64,000 nt of DNA. Source: Alphaproteobacteria bacterium. GTDB lineage: Bacteria; Pseudomonadota; Alphaproteobacteria; MPNO01. Shown here in pieces: positions 48,325 through 58,800 of this stretch. Both the position numbers and the translations under genes were made by a program. Below the pieces are notes generated by a model. The model had not been told where the DNA came from, did not search any database, and saw only the letters and a program-made list of their open reading frames with translations. The stretch is from positions 99,425 to 163,424 of the forward strand of contig CBDBCV010000010.1 of the NCBI GenBank assembly GCA_965203455.1, in the 5' to 3' direction. Position 1 is the stretch's first letter. Each line of letters opens with the position of its first letter.

Positions 48325-49650
48325 TTACCCCTCCTTGGAGCAATCGCGGGGCGTGATGTTGTTCTCCTTCGCGTACTTGGCGGCTTCCGCCTCGACCTGC
48401 TTGCGCACGATGTCGTACATCGGCGTGTACCACTTCGAGATCAGCTTCCACTGCTTGCCGTCCCACTGCTGGAAGATCACCGGGCCGCCGCCCTCGTGAT
48501 CCTCGCAGGTGATGCGGTGGGCCTGCATGAAGTCCTTGAAGCCGAGCTTGGTCAGCTTGTCCTGGGTCAGGTTGAGGTTCTCCATGCCCCAGCGGACCTG
48601 CTCGCCGGTCATCGGCTTGTTGCCGTACTTGCCCATCGCGGTGCGGATGGCCTCGGTGTCGTAGACCATGTTGGTCAGGCCGCGGTTGTAGAGCACCTCG
48701 CCCCAGTTGTTCTTCTTCGCCGCCTCGACATCGCCCTTGTAGATCGTCTTGAGGATCTGCTGGTGGATGTCGTAGCCGGAGCCGACGCCGTGGAAGTTGC
48801 CCGCCTTGTACCCCTTGGCCGCCTCGCCGGCCGGGCGGACGTCGCTCTCGGAACCGGACCACCAGACCCCGATGAACTTGTCCATCGGGAACTTGATGGC
48901 GGCCGCTTCCTTGATCGCGACCTGGTTCATCACGCCCCAGCCCCACATGAAGATGTAGTCGGGCTTCAGACGGCGGACCTGCAGCCAGGTGGATTTCTGC
49001 TCCTGGCCCGGATTGTCGACCGCGAGCAGGTCGAGCTTGTAGCCGTGCTTCTCCGACAGGATCTTCAGGGTCGGGATCGGTTCCTTGCCGTAGGCGCTGT
49101 TGTGGTAGATCAGCGTGATCTTCTTGCCCTTGAGCTTGTCGAGACCGCCCTCCTGCTCGCCGACATACTTGATGAACGCGGTCGCCTGGCTCCAGTAGCT
49201 GGTCGGCGCGGTGAACGCCCACTTGAAGACGCGCCCGTCGCCCGCCGCCGTCCGGCCGTAGCCCATCGAATGGATCGGCACCTTGTCGACGAAGGCCTTC
49301 GGGATCAGCTGATAGGTGATGCCGGTGCTGAACGGGTTGACGATCGCGGCGCCGGTCGGACCCTTCTTCTTCAGCTTCTCATAGCACTCGACGCCGAGCT
49401 TGGTGTTGTACTTGGTCTCGCATTCCTCCCAGACGATCTTGACGCCGTTGATCCCGCCGTCGCGCGCGTTGAGAAGTTTCAGATAGTCGACCATGCCGTT
49501 CGCCGCCGGGATGCCGTTCGGCGCATAGGGCCCGGTGCGGTATACCAAGAGCGGGATGAACATTTCCCCCGCCGCCATCGCGGTGACCGGAACGGCGGGC
49601 AGACCGACGACCGCCGCGGTCAAAATCAAGCCCAGTTTCTTGAGATTCAT
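48325..49650 (-). CDS. ABC substrate-binding protein (HAAT/LivJ fold)
   Basis: Signal peptide, YRTGPYAPNG, NARDGGINGV, HNSAYGKE. Confidence 0.88.
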   Translation of the reverse strand: MNLKKLGLILTAAVVGLPAVPVTAMAAGEMFIPLLVYRTGPYAPNGIPAANGMVDYLKLLNARDGGINGVKIVWEECETKYNTKLGVECYEKLKKKGPTGAAIVNPFSTGITYQLIPKAFVDKVPIHSMGYGRTAAGDGRVFKWAFTAPTSYWSQATAFIKYVGEQEGGLDKLKGKKITLIYHNSAYGKEPIPTLKILSEKHGYKLDLLAVDNPGQEQKSTWLQVRRLKPDYIFMWGWGVMNQVAIKEAAAIKFPMDKFIGVWWSGSESDVRPAGEAAKGYKAGNFHGVGSGYDIHQQILKTIYKGDVEAAKKNNWGEVLYNRGLTNMVYDTEAIRTAMGKYGNKPMTGEQVRWGMENLNLTQDKLTKLGFKDFMQAHRITCEDHEGGGPVIFQQWDGKQWKLISKWYTPMYDIVRKQVEAEAAKYAKENNITPRDCSKEG

Positions 49651-49796
49651 GACGTCCTCCCTTGAGGTGATTGACGTTTACGCCCGCCGGAGCATTCCCG
49701 GCCCTTACTCGATTCACACATCGGCACGACCGACGCACTACCCTCGGCACGAGGCCGGAATGCGCGAGAAAACGCTATCACGCGCCCGAATCCGGC

Positions 49797-50873
49797 TCAA
49801 TAGGGGAACGGCCATCGCCGCAGCTTTTCCTTGGCGATCTGCCACAGGCGGGCGAGACCGGCCGGCTCGAAGATCAGGAAAACGACGATCAGCGAGCCGA
49901 AGATCATGACCTCCAGGTGCTTCTGGAAATCGACCGGCATCGAGAGCCCGACGAGCTGCGGCGCGTTGGTCAGGAAGATCGGCAGCAGCCAGATGAAGGC
50001 GGCCCCGAGATAGGCGCCCAGGATGCTTCCCAGCCCGCCGATGATGATCATGAACAGGACTTCGAAGGACACGAAGATGTCGAACGCCTCGGTCTCGGCG
50101 CTGCCGAGATAGGAGAACAGCAGCAGCGCGCCCGCCACCCCGCAATAGAACGAGCTGATCGCGAACGCGAGCAGCTTGTTGGGGAGCAGGCGGATGCCGA
50201 TGATCTCGGCGGCGATATCCATGTCCCGGATCGCCATCCAGTGCCGTCCGACCCTGCCGCGCACCAGGTTCTTGGCCAGCAGGCCGCCCAGAATGCAGAA
50301 GGTGAGAACCAGCAGATAGCGCGTTTCCGCGGTCGCCGTCGGGCCGGTCAGCATGATGCCCGCGACCTCGCGCGGCGGCGCGATTATGGTGCCGCTGGAG
50401 TTGTAATTGTACCACCAGGGCACGCGATTGAACATCCAGATGAGGAAAAATTGCGCCGCCAGCGTGGCGACCGCGAGATAAAATCCCTTGATCCGCAGGC
50501 TCGGCAGCCCGAACACGATGCCGATCAGCGCGGCCGAGACGCCGGACAGGATAAAAACGACGATGATGTTGAGCTCGGGAAAGCCGGTCGTGAGCTTGTA
50601 GGCGGAATAAGCGCCGACCGCCATGAAGGCGCCGGTGCCCAACGACAGCTGGCCGGCATAGCCGGTGAGAATGTTCAGACCGACCGCGGCGATCGCGAAT
50701 ATCAGCAGCGGAATCAGCACCGCCTGCAGCAGATATTCCGACGCGATCAGGGGAATGACGATATAGGCGAACGCGATTATCGCGAACAGGAAAACGCGGT
50801 CCTGGAAGATCGGAAAGATCGCCTGGTCGGCGGCGTAGGTGGTCTTGAACTGGCCTGTTTCGCGGTAGAGCAT
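49797..50873 (-). CDS. ABC permease (LivM-like)
   Basis: GLNILTGYAGQLSLG, LRIKGFYLAVATL, WMAIRD, IIIGGLGS. Confidence 0.92.
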   Translation of the reverse strand: MLYRETGQFKTTYAADQAIFPIFQDRVFLFAIIAFAYIVIPLIASEYLLQAVLIPLLIFAIAAVGLNILTGYAGQLSLGTGAFMAVGAYSAYKLTTGFPELNIIVVFILSGVSAALIGIVFGLPSLRIKGFYLAVATLAAQFFLIWMFNRVPWWYNYNSSGTIIAPPREVAGIMLTGPTATAETRYLLVLTFCILGGLLAKNLVRGRVGRHWMAIRDMDIAAEIIGIRLLPNKLLAFAISSFYCGVAGALLLFSYLGSAETEAFDIFVSFEVLFMIIIGGLGSILGAYLGAAFIWLLPIFLTNAPQLVGLSMPVDFQKHLEVMIFGSLIVVFLIFEPAGLARLWQIAKEKLRRWPFPY

Positions 50874-50876
50874 GAA

Positions 50877-51815
50877 TCAGACCCTCTCGATGATGCGCTC
50901 GCCGAACAGGCCCTGCGGCCTGACGAACAGGAAGGCCAGCGCGAGCACGTAGGCGAACCAGTTCTCGATGGCGCCGCCGACGGCGGGGCCCCAGTAGACC
51001 TCGGCGATCTTCTCACCGACGCCGATGATCAGGCCGCCGACGATCGCCCCCGGCACCGAGGTGAAGCCGCCCAGGATCAGCACCGGCAGGGCCTTGAGCG
51101 CGATCAGCGAAAGCGAGAACTGCACCCCGCTCTTCGCGCCCCAGACGATCCCGGCGACGAGCGCCACGATGCCCGCGACCGACCAGACGATGATCCAGAT
51201 CTTCTTGAGCGGAATGCCCACCGACAGCGCCGCCTGGTGGTCGTCGGCGACCGCCCGGAGCGCCCGCCCGGTCGGCGTGTACTGGAAGAAGAACGCGAGG
51301 CCCGTCACCAGCAGGGCGCAGGCGAGCGCGGCGATCAGGTCGAAGCTGTTGAACAGCATGCCGGCGACATCGACCGGAACGTCCGGGATTCCGATGTCGA
51401 GCTTCTTGACGTTGGAGCCCCACAACGTCTCGCCGAAACCCTCCAGGAAGAAGGTCAGCCCGATCGTCGACATGAACAGGATGATGTCCGGCTGGTTGAT
51501 CAGGTGGCGCAGCACCAGGAGCTCGACCAGATAGGCGAGGGCCACCATCGCGGCCATGGTGACGATGAAGGCGAGCCAGACCGGCAGGCCGAGCTCCATC
51601 AGCCCGACCAGGGTGAGCGCGGCGAACAGCACCATCGCGCCCTGCGCGAAGTTGAACACGCCGGACGCCTTGAAGATCAGCACGAAGCCGAGCGCCACCA
51701 GCGAATAGAGCACGCCGGTCAGAACGCCGTTGAACACGACCTCGCCGAAAAACACCGGGAAGTCCTGCGCGATCATGACGAACGGCGTGATCGTGACCGA
51801 CTCGAGAAACTCCAT
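50877..51815 (-). CDS. ABC permease (LivH-like)
   Basis: YSLVALGFVLIFKASGVFNFAQG, GRALRAVADD, ILGGFTSVPG. Confidence 0.92.
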   Translation of the reverse strand: MEFLESVTITPFVMIAQDFPVFFGEVVFNGVLTGVLYSLVALGFVLIFKASGVFNFAQGAMVLFAALTLVGLMELGLPVWLAFIVTMAAMVALAYLVELLVLRHLINQPDIILFMSTIGLTFFLEGFGETLWGSNVKKLDIGIPDVPVDVAGMLFNSFDLIAALACALLVTGLAFFFQYTPTGRALRAVADDHQAALSVGIPLKKIWIIVWSVAGIVALVAGIVWGAKSGVQFSLSLIALKALPVLILGGFTSVPGAIVGGLIIGVGEKIAEVYWGPAVGGAIENWFAYVLALAFLFVRPQGLFGERIIERV

Positions 51816-51839
51816 GCCCGTTTCCCCGCTCGCCCGCCG

Positions 51840-52637
51840 TCAGTCGCGGACCACGCCGAGATAGGCGGCGATCACCTCTTCGTCGCCGCGGACCTCGTCG
51901 GGCGAGCCGTCCGCGATCAGGCGGCCGTAATCGAGAACGACGACCCGGTCGGAAATGTCCATCACCACGCCCATGTCGTGCTCGATCAGCGCGATCGTCG
52001 TTCCGAACTCGTCGTTAACGTCGAGCACGAACCGGCACATGTCCTCCTTCTCCTCGGAGTTCATGCCGGCCATCGGCTCGTCGAGCAGGAGCAGGTCGGG
52101 CTCGGCGGCGAGCGCCCGGCCGAGCTCGACGCGCTTCTGCAGCCCGTAGGGCAGCCGTCCGACCGGAACCCGCCGGATAGCCTCGATCTCGAGAAACTCG
52201 ATGACCCGCTCGACATGCGCCCGGTGCTCCAGCTCCTCCCGCCGCGCCGGCCCGAGATAGAGCGCCTGCCACAGGAAGTTGCGGCGCATCATCGTGTTGC
52301 GCCCGGTCATGATGTTGTCGAGCGTGCTCATCCCCCTGAACAGGGCGATGTTCTGGAAGGTCCGGGCGATCCCCTGCCGCGCCGCCTGGTCCGGCCGCAT
52401 CCGCGTCCGGGTCTCGCCCTTGTAGGTGATGGTGCCGTCGTCCGGGTGGTAGAAGCCGTTGATCACGTTGAGCATCGACGACTTGCCGGCGCCGTTGGGG
52501 CCGATGATCGCGCGGATCTCCCCCTCGCGGATGTCGAAGCTCACGTCGTCGAGCACCGTGACGCCGCCGAAGGCAAGCGAGATTCCGTCGAGGCGAAGGA
52601 TCGGAGCCTGCGCGGTTGCCTCTTCCGCTGCGCTCAC
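51840..52637 (-). CDS. ABC ATP-binding protein (LivG-like)
   Basis: GPNGAGKSS, ARTFQN, LPYGLQKRVE, LLDEP, IEHDM. GTG overlaps the ligase stop. Confidence 0.92.
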   Translation of the reverse strand: MSAAEEATAQAPILRLDGISLAFGGVTVLDDVSFDIREGEIRAIIGPNGAGKSSMLNVINGFYHPDDGTITYKGETRTRMRPDQAARQGIARTFQNIALFRGMSTLDNIMTGRNTMMRRNFLWQALYLGPARREELEHRAHVERVIEFLEIEAIRRVPVGRLPYGLQKRVELGRALAAEPDLLLLDEPMAGMNSEEKEDMCRFVLDVNDEFGTTIALIEHDMGVVMDISDRVVVLDYGRLIADGSPDEVRGDEEVIAAYLGVVRD

Positions 52638-54601
52638 GCGGCGCTCCTCTCGGTTTCCGCCGGGGCGATGTCGCGGATCTGCAGATCGGCGCGGACCGTG
52701 CCCTTGCGGCCGTCCTCGAACGTGACCTCGGTCTCGATCCCGCAGCGGTCCTGCCCGGAATAGAGGGCCTCGATCAGGGAGCCGTACTTGTCGGAGACGT
52801 GGCGCCGGCGGACCTTGCGGGTGCGCGTCAGCTCTCCGTCGTCGGCGTCGAGCTGCTTGTGGAGCACGAGGAAGCGCCTGATCTGCGCGCCGGCGAGGTC
52901 GGCGTCCGCGGCGAGGTCGCGGTTCACCTGCTCCACCCGGCCCTGGATGATGTCGTAGACCCGCGGCAGGCCGGCCAGCTCCTGGTAGCTGGCGTAGGAA
53001 ATGCCGTTGCGCTCGGCCCAGTCGCCCATCGCCTCGAGGTCGATGTTGATGAAGGCGGTCACGCGATCGCGCTCGTCGCCGAAGCAGACGGCCTCGAAGA
53101 TGTCGGGAAAGAACTTGAGCTTGTTCTCGATATATTTGGGGGCGAACAGCGTGCCGTCGGTCAGGCGGCCCACGTCCTTCGCCCGGTCGATGATCTTGAG
53201 ATGCCCCTCGCCGTCGATGAAGCCGGCGTCGCCGGTGCGGCACCAGCCGTCCCCGGTCTTGGTCTCCGCGGTCGCTTCCGGGTTGCGGAAATACTCGACG
53301 AACACGCCGGGGCTGCGGAACTGGACCTCGTTGTCCTCGATCCTGAGCTCGACCTCCGCCGCGGGCCGCCCGACGGTGTCCGACCGGACCTCCCCGTTCG
53401 GCTGGATGGTGATGAACACGCTCGCCTCGGTCATGCCGTAGAGCTGCTTCAGGTTGAACCCGATGCTGCGGTAGAAGTCGAAAATGTCGGGCCCGATCGC
53501 CTCGCCCGCGGTGTAGCCGAGCTTCACCCGGGTCAGGCCGAGCGTGTTGAGGAGCGGGCGGAAGATCAGCAGCGAGCCCAGCGCGTAGTGGAGGCGGGCG
53601 GCGGGCCCCACCGCCTCGCCGTCGAGGATCCGCTTGCCGTGGACCTTGGCGATTTCGAGGAAGTGGAAGAACAGCTTCCGCTTCACCCAGCCCGAATCCT
53701 GGATGCGGATCATCACCGTGGTCAGGATGTTCTCGAAGATCCGGGGCGGCGCGAAGAAATAGGTCGGCCCCACCTCCCACAGATCGTTGAGCACGGTCTC
53801 CGCCGATTCCGGGCAGGAAACGCAGAAGCCCGCCACCAGCGCCTGGCCGCAGGAGAACATGTGATCGCCCACCCAGGCCATCGGCAGGTAGGCGAGCACC
53901 TCGTCGGTCTCGGTGAGCCCCTCCTGCCGCACCGAGTTCAGCGCGCTGACCAGCACGTTGCGATAGGAAAGGACGACGCCTTTCGGGTTTCCCGTCGTGC
54001 CGGAGGTGTAGAGGATGACCGACGTGTCGTCCGCCGCGCCGCGCCCGACCTCCCCGTCGTAGAACCCCGGATGTTCCGCGTCGTAAGCGCGGCCCCGCCG
54101 CGTCAAATCCTCGGTGCTGCACAGGAACGCCTCGCGGTAGTTCCTGAGCCCGCGCGGGTCGTGGTAGATCACCCCCTCGATGGTCGGGCACTCGTCCTTG
54201 ATCTCGAGGACCTTGTCGACCTGCTCCTGGTCCTCCGCGAAGACGAACCGCACCTCGGCGTTGTTCAGCACGTAGCGCGTCTCGTCGGCGACCGAATCCT
54301 GGTAGATCGGCACCGGCACGCCGCCGAGCGACTGGATCGCGAGGATGGCGTTGTAGAGGACCGGCCGGTTGTCGCCGATGATCGACACCCGGTCGCCGCG
54401 CTCGAGGCCGAGCGTCTTGAGCCCGCAGGCGATCTCCCGCGCCTGCGCGGCGGCCTCGCCCCAGGTCACGGTCTCCCAGATGCCGAGATGCTTCTCCCTC
54501 AAACAGGGCCGGTCGCCCCGGATCTCGGCGTTGCGCCGGAGCAGCTTGGGCGAGGTGTCGTAGCGCGAAAGATCCGGGAGCGCGTTCGCGGCGCCGGTCA
54601 T
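52634..54601 (-). CDS. Long-chain acyl-CoA synthetase (AMP-binding)
   Basis: YTSGTTGNPKG, YGMTEAS, TGDAG, IIDRAKD, ELTRTRKVRR. GAGGAG RBS before ATG 54601. Confidence 0.92.
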   Translation of the reverse strand: MTGAANALPDLSRYDTSPKLLRRNAEIRGDRPCLREKHLGIWETVTWGEAAAQAREIACGLKTLGLERGDRVSIIGDNRPVLYNAILAIQSLGGVPVPIYQDSVADETRYVLNNAEVRFVFAEDQEQVDKVLEIKDECPTIEGVIYHDPRGLRNYREAFLCSTEDLTRRGRAYDAEHPGFYDGEVGRGAADDTSVILYTSGTTGNPKGVVLSYRNVLVSALNSVRQEGLTETDEVLAYLPMAWVGDHMFSCGQALVAGFCVSCPESAETVLNDLWEVGPTYFFAPPRIFENILTTVMIRIQDSGWVKRKLFFHFLEIAKVHGKRILDGEAVGPAARLHYALGSLLIFRPLLNTLGLTRVKLGYTAGEAIGPDIFDFYRSIGFNLKQLYGMTEASVFITIQPNGEVRSDTVGRPAAEVELRIEDNEVQFRSPGVFVEYFRNPEATAETKTGDGWCRTGDAGFIDGEGHLKIIDRAKDVGRLTDGTLFAPKYIENKLKFFPDIFEAVCFGDERDRVTAFINIDLEAMGDWAERNGISYASYQELAGLPRVYDIIQGRVEQVNRDLAADADLAGAQIRRFLVLHKQLDADDGELTRTRKVRRRHVSDKYGSLIEALYSGQDRCGIETEVTFEDGRKGTVRADLQIRDIAPAETERSAA

Positions 54602-54700
54602 GACCGTCTCCTCGTCCATCGGTCGACTGCCAGGGGACGAGGGCACGGCGGCGGGAAGCGCGCACGCCTCGACGACCGGTCGCGGGAATATGCCACGGTC

Positions 54701-54729
54701 CTTATGGATGACCGGCGAAGCGTTGGCAA
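54701..54729 (-). promoter_or_regulatory. Candidate promoter of the acyl-CoA ligase/ABC operon
   Basis: Minus strand TTGCCA-N17-CATAAG. Confidence 0.4.
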
Positions 54730-54791
54730 CCGTCTATCGGAGCGGACCCGGGACCCGGATTTCGGCACGCCGCACACCGCGCCCCCGCCCA

Positions 54792-54898
54792 GGCCGTCAC
54801 CCCGGACTTGATCCGGGGTCCAGGGCACCCCGTTCCGACGGCGGCGCACATGGCCCTGGACCCCGGCTCTCCGCTGCGCTCCGGCTGGGGTGACAGCC
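54792..54898. repeat. CGTC-type palindromic REP-like element
   Basis: ggccgtcacccc...ggggtgacagcc termini; ccccgga[cttga]tccgggg hairpin; ccggggtccagggc / gccctggaccccgg inner inverted pair. Confidence 0.8.
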
Positions 54899-55070
54899 TC
54901 GATATTCCCGAGGGTCGGGGGCTTTCTTTCGACTCCGAAGCCGGCCCCTAAGTAAGCGTCTGGCGTGACCGCCCTTGTGGCGAGACGGCTTGGAGCCGCA
55001 GTCTGTGGTGAGGTTCCAGAGGTCGATAGTGTCCATTATCGGCTAATGGACACTATCTTAGGGGGCTGCG

Positions 55071-55418
55071 GTGCCACGTCGGGTACGCCGGTTCTGGTCG
55101 GACGACGAGAAGCGCCGGATCGTGGCGCAGAGCTACGCTCCCGGTGTCTCGGTGTCGGTTGTGGCGCGCCGCTATGACGTCAACGCCAACCTGATCTTCA
55201 CCTGGCGGCGCGATCCCCGTTACAGGCCGGCGGCCGATGCCGGGGAGGCGCCGTCCTTCCTGCCGGTGGAGGTGGTGCCCGATGCGCCGCCGTTGGAGCC
55301 GGCCGCGGCATCGGACGGTCGGATCGAGATCGCGTTGTCGAACGGCCACCGGGTGAGCGCGTTCGGGTCGTTCGACGCGGACGCGCTGTGCCGGGTGGTG
55401 CGGGCGCTTGGCGGATGA
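55071..55418 (+). CDS. tnpA: IS66 TnpA (HTH)
   Basis: [42 protein letters not shown]. Confidence 0.9.
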   Translation: MPRRVRRFWSDDEKRRIVAQSYAPGVSVSVVARRYDVNANLIFTWRRDPRYRPAADAGEAPSFLPVEVVPDAPPLEPAAASDGRIEIALSNGHRVSAFGSFDADALCRVVRALGG

Positions 55419-55762
55419 TCCCGGTTCCCTCCTCGACCCGGGTATGGCTGGCCTGCGGCGTGACCGACATGCGCAAGGGGTTCCCCGGTCTCGCGGCGCA
55501 GGCGGAGCGGGTATTGAAGGCGGATCCGCATTGCGGCCATCTCTTCATCTACCGCGGCCGCCGGGGCGACCTGATCAAGATGATCTGGTGGGACGGCCAG
55601 GGTGCGTGCCTGTTCTCGAAGCGTCTGGAGCGCGGCCGCTTCGTGTGGCCGTCGGCATCGGAAGGGAAGGTGTCGGTGACGCCGGCGCAGCTGTCGATGC
55701 TGCTTGAGGGGATCGACTGGCGGGCGCCGGTTCGCACCTGGAGACCGCTGGCCGCGGGCTGA
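55415..55762 (+). CDS. tnpB: IS66 TnpB accessory protein
   Basis: [42 protein letters not shown]. Confidence 0.95.
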   Translation: MIPVPSSTRVWLACGVTDMRKGFPGLAAQAERVLKADPHCGHLFIYRGRRGDLIKMIWWDGQGACLFSKRLERGRFVWPSASEGKVSVTPAQLSMLLEGIDWRAPVRTWRPLAAG

Positions 55763-55836
55763 TTCACCGTTTATAAACAATGGGTTGACTGTCATTCGGG
55801 CTTCCCTTTGTCGGCCCCTTCGGGTAGGATGCGGCC

Positions 55837-58800
55837 ATGCTCGAAGCGGCCCATTCCCTGCCCGACGACATCGCCGCGTTGAAGGCGATGGTGCTGGCCT
55901 CGCGGGCCGAACTGGCGGCACGGGACGCCGAGCTGCGCAACCGCGATCTGTTGATCGAGAAGCTCAGGCACCAGCTTGCGGGTCTGCGGCGGCAGCGCTT
56001 CGGCGTCACCTCGGAGGCCCTCGACCAGCTTGAGCTCGGGCTGGAGGACGAGGAGATCGCGCGGGCGGCCGAGGCGCCGACCGAGCCGACGCCCGCCACG
56101 AAGAAGCAGCCGAAGCGCCGTCCCCTGCCGGACCACCTGCCGCGCGAGGAGACGGTTCTCGCGCCGGGCGAGCGCTGCGCGGACTGCGGCGGCCGTCTCA
56201 AGCGGCTCGGCGAGGATGTGACGGAGGAGCTGGAGTACATCCCCGGCCGCTTCGTGGTGAAGCGCATCGTCCGTCCGCGCCTGGCCTGCGGCGGCTGCGA
56301 GAAGTTCCACCAGGCGCCGCTGCCGCCGCGACCGATCGAGCGCGGCCGACCGGGCCCCGGCCTTCTGGCGCATGTGCTGGTCTCGAAGTATTGCGATCAC
56401 CGTGTGTCCTGAAGCACCGCCATGAAAGGAGGTGCGCAACTGCAAGAGAGATGAGGGTAGGCCCCTCGGGGTCGACGATCAGGCGTCGGTCTCAAACCAC
56501 CACGAGCTGCTGTCGTAAAGAGCGATGGTGGTGAGCGTCGTGGAAACGGCGGGACGACGATCTCGTCAGGTGAGGTCCGGGGAGACGAGCGAAAGCGAAC
56601 CGCCGATGAACTGCCGAAAGCGTATGGTCGATGTCAGAACCGGGGGTGGTGGTCACTCCGGGACAAGCATGGGCGGAGTCCTGGAGTCCGGCCCACGCGG
56701 CATCCGGCTCGAAGGCGGCGTGAACCCGGAACAGGCTTTCTTGCGGAACAGGAGAACCTGTCGTCCCGATGCCAAGGGAGACGGCCAACCGGGCAGCCCC
56801 CGGAAGGCTCAGAGTACCGATGCGGGGCACAGGGGCAGAACAGCCCGTAGTAGGGATGAAGGCGCTGTAATGGCGCTGGACCGAAGGGGCTGTGGTGTTC
56901 AGCCGCTGCCGTCGGCCAACTGGTGACAGGAGGAGCCGGATGACAGGGGCAAAGCCGTTCCCGATAGCAAAGAGGGAAGTCTGGGAAGCCTTCAAGCATG
57001 TGAAGGCAAACCGGGGAGCGGCTGGAGTAGATGGGCAGACGGTCGAGAGTCTGGAGGAACGGCTTGGTCCGGAACTCTACAAGCTCTGGAATCGCATGTC
57101 CTCAGGCAGCTATATGCCGCCTCCGGTTCGCAGGGTGAACATCCCCAAGGAGGGCGGCGGGAAGCGCCCGTTGGGCATACCGACGGTCACGGACCGCATC
57201 GCTCAGGAGGTTGTTCGCCGACATCTGGAGCCCTTGTTGGAACCGATTTTCCATGAGGACTCATACGGATATCGGCCGAAGCGATCCGCCATTGACGCCA
57301 TCCGGACAGCGCGTCGGCGATGCTGGCGCTACGACTGGGTGCTGGACATGGACATCAAGGGGTTCTTCGACAACATCGACCACGAGTTGCTGCTGAAGGC
57401 CGTTCGTCACCATACGGACTGCCGGTGGGTGCTGCTCTATGTCGAGCGCTGGTTGAAGGCTCCCGTGATCGAGGAGGACGGCACCGTTGTCGCACGGGAC
57501 AGGGGCACGCCACAGGGCGGGGTAATTTCGCCAGTATTGTCCAACCTGTTCCTGCACTATGCGTTCGATCAATGGATGAAAAGGTCGATGCCGCATGTTC
57601 CGTTCGAACGGTATGCGGACGATATAATCTGCCATTGTCGAACGGAGGAGGCGGCAAAGACCCTCTGGCGGCGGGTTGCGGACCGATTGGCCGAGTGCGG
57701 CCTGGAGGTCCATCCGCAGAAGACCAAGGTGGTCTACTGCAAGGATACCAACCGCAAGGCGGACTACCCGACGGTCGCGTTCGACTTCCTGGGCTACCGT
57801 TTCCAGCCAAGGTTCGCGGCGTGGCGCGGCGGGTTGTTCGGGGTCTCGTTCCTTCCGGCTGCCAGCCCGACTGCGCTCAAGGCGTTTCGGCGCCGCGTGC
57901 GACAGTGGCGTTTGCAACGGCGTAGCGACAAGGCACTGCTTGACCTTGCCCGCATGTTTCATCGCGAAATTGCAGGGTGGATCGGCTACTTCGGCGCATT
58001 CTACAAGTCGGCGCTCTATCCGACCCTTCGTCTGATAGACGCCCACTTGCAGCGATGGGCAATGCGGAAGTTCAAACGCTTCCGACAACGACCGCGTCAG
58101 GCTCGTCTCTGGCTTGCCAGAATCGCGAAAGCGGAGCCGTGGCGGTTCGCCCATTGGACCCTTGTGCACGGGCAGGGCCGGACGCTGGGAGCCGTATGAG
58201 CTGAGAGGTTCACGTACGGTTCTGGGAGCGCGTGGGGGTGAGATTCCCCCGCGCGACTCGCTTGCCGCTCTACCGCCAGTCCCGCATCTTCGCCCGCGAC
58301 GGCGTCGAGCTCGACCGCTCGACGCTCGCCGGCTGGGTCGGCAAGGCGACGGCGCTGCTGGAGCCCCTGGCCGATGCGATCGGGCGCCATGTGCTGGAAG
58401 GACAAGCCCTGTTCGCCGACGACACCCCGGTCAAGCTGCTGGCGCCGGGAACCGGCAAAACGGCGACCGGCCGGGCCTGGACCTACGTGCGGGACGAGCG
58501 GCCCTGGGCTGGCGAGGCGCCGCCGGCGGCCTGGTACCGCTTCTCGGCCGACCGCAAGGCGGCGCATCCGAAGGCGCATCTTGAAGGCTTCGCCGGCTGG
58601 ATGCACTCGGACGGCTATGCCGGGTTCGGTGCGCTGGCGCGCGCCGGGCCGGTCCGCGAGGTGGCCTGTCTGGCGCATGTGCGACGCAAGTTCTTCGACG
58701 TCCATGCCGCCCAGGGCTCGGCGATCGCCGCCGAGGCGCTGGAACGGATCGCCGCCCTCTACGCTATCGAGAAGGAGGCCCGCGGGCAGCCGCCCGAGAA

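Noticed and set aside
49671-54811. 1030-aa and 731-aa plus-strand ORFs
   Set aside because: Antisense shadows of the ABC and ligase genes.
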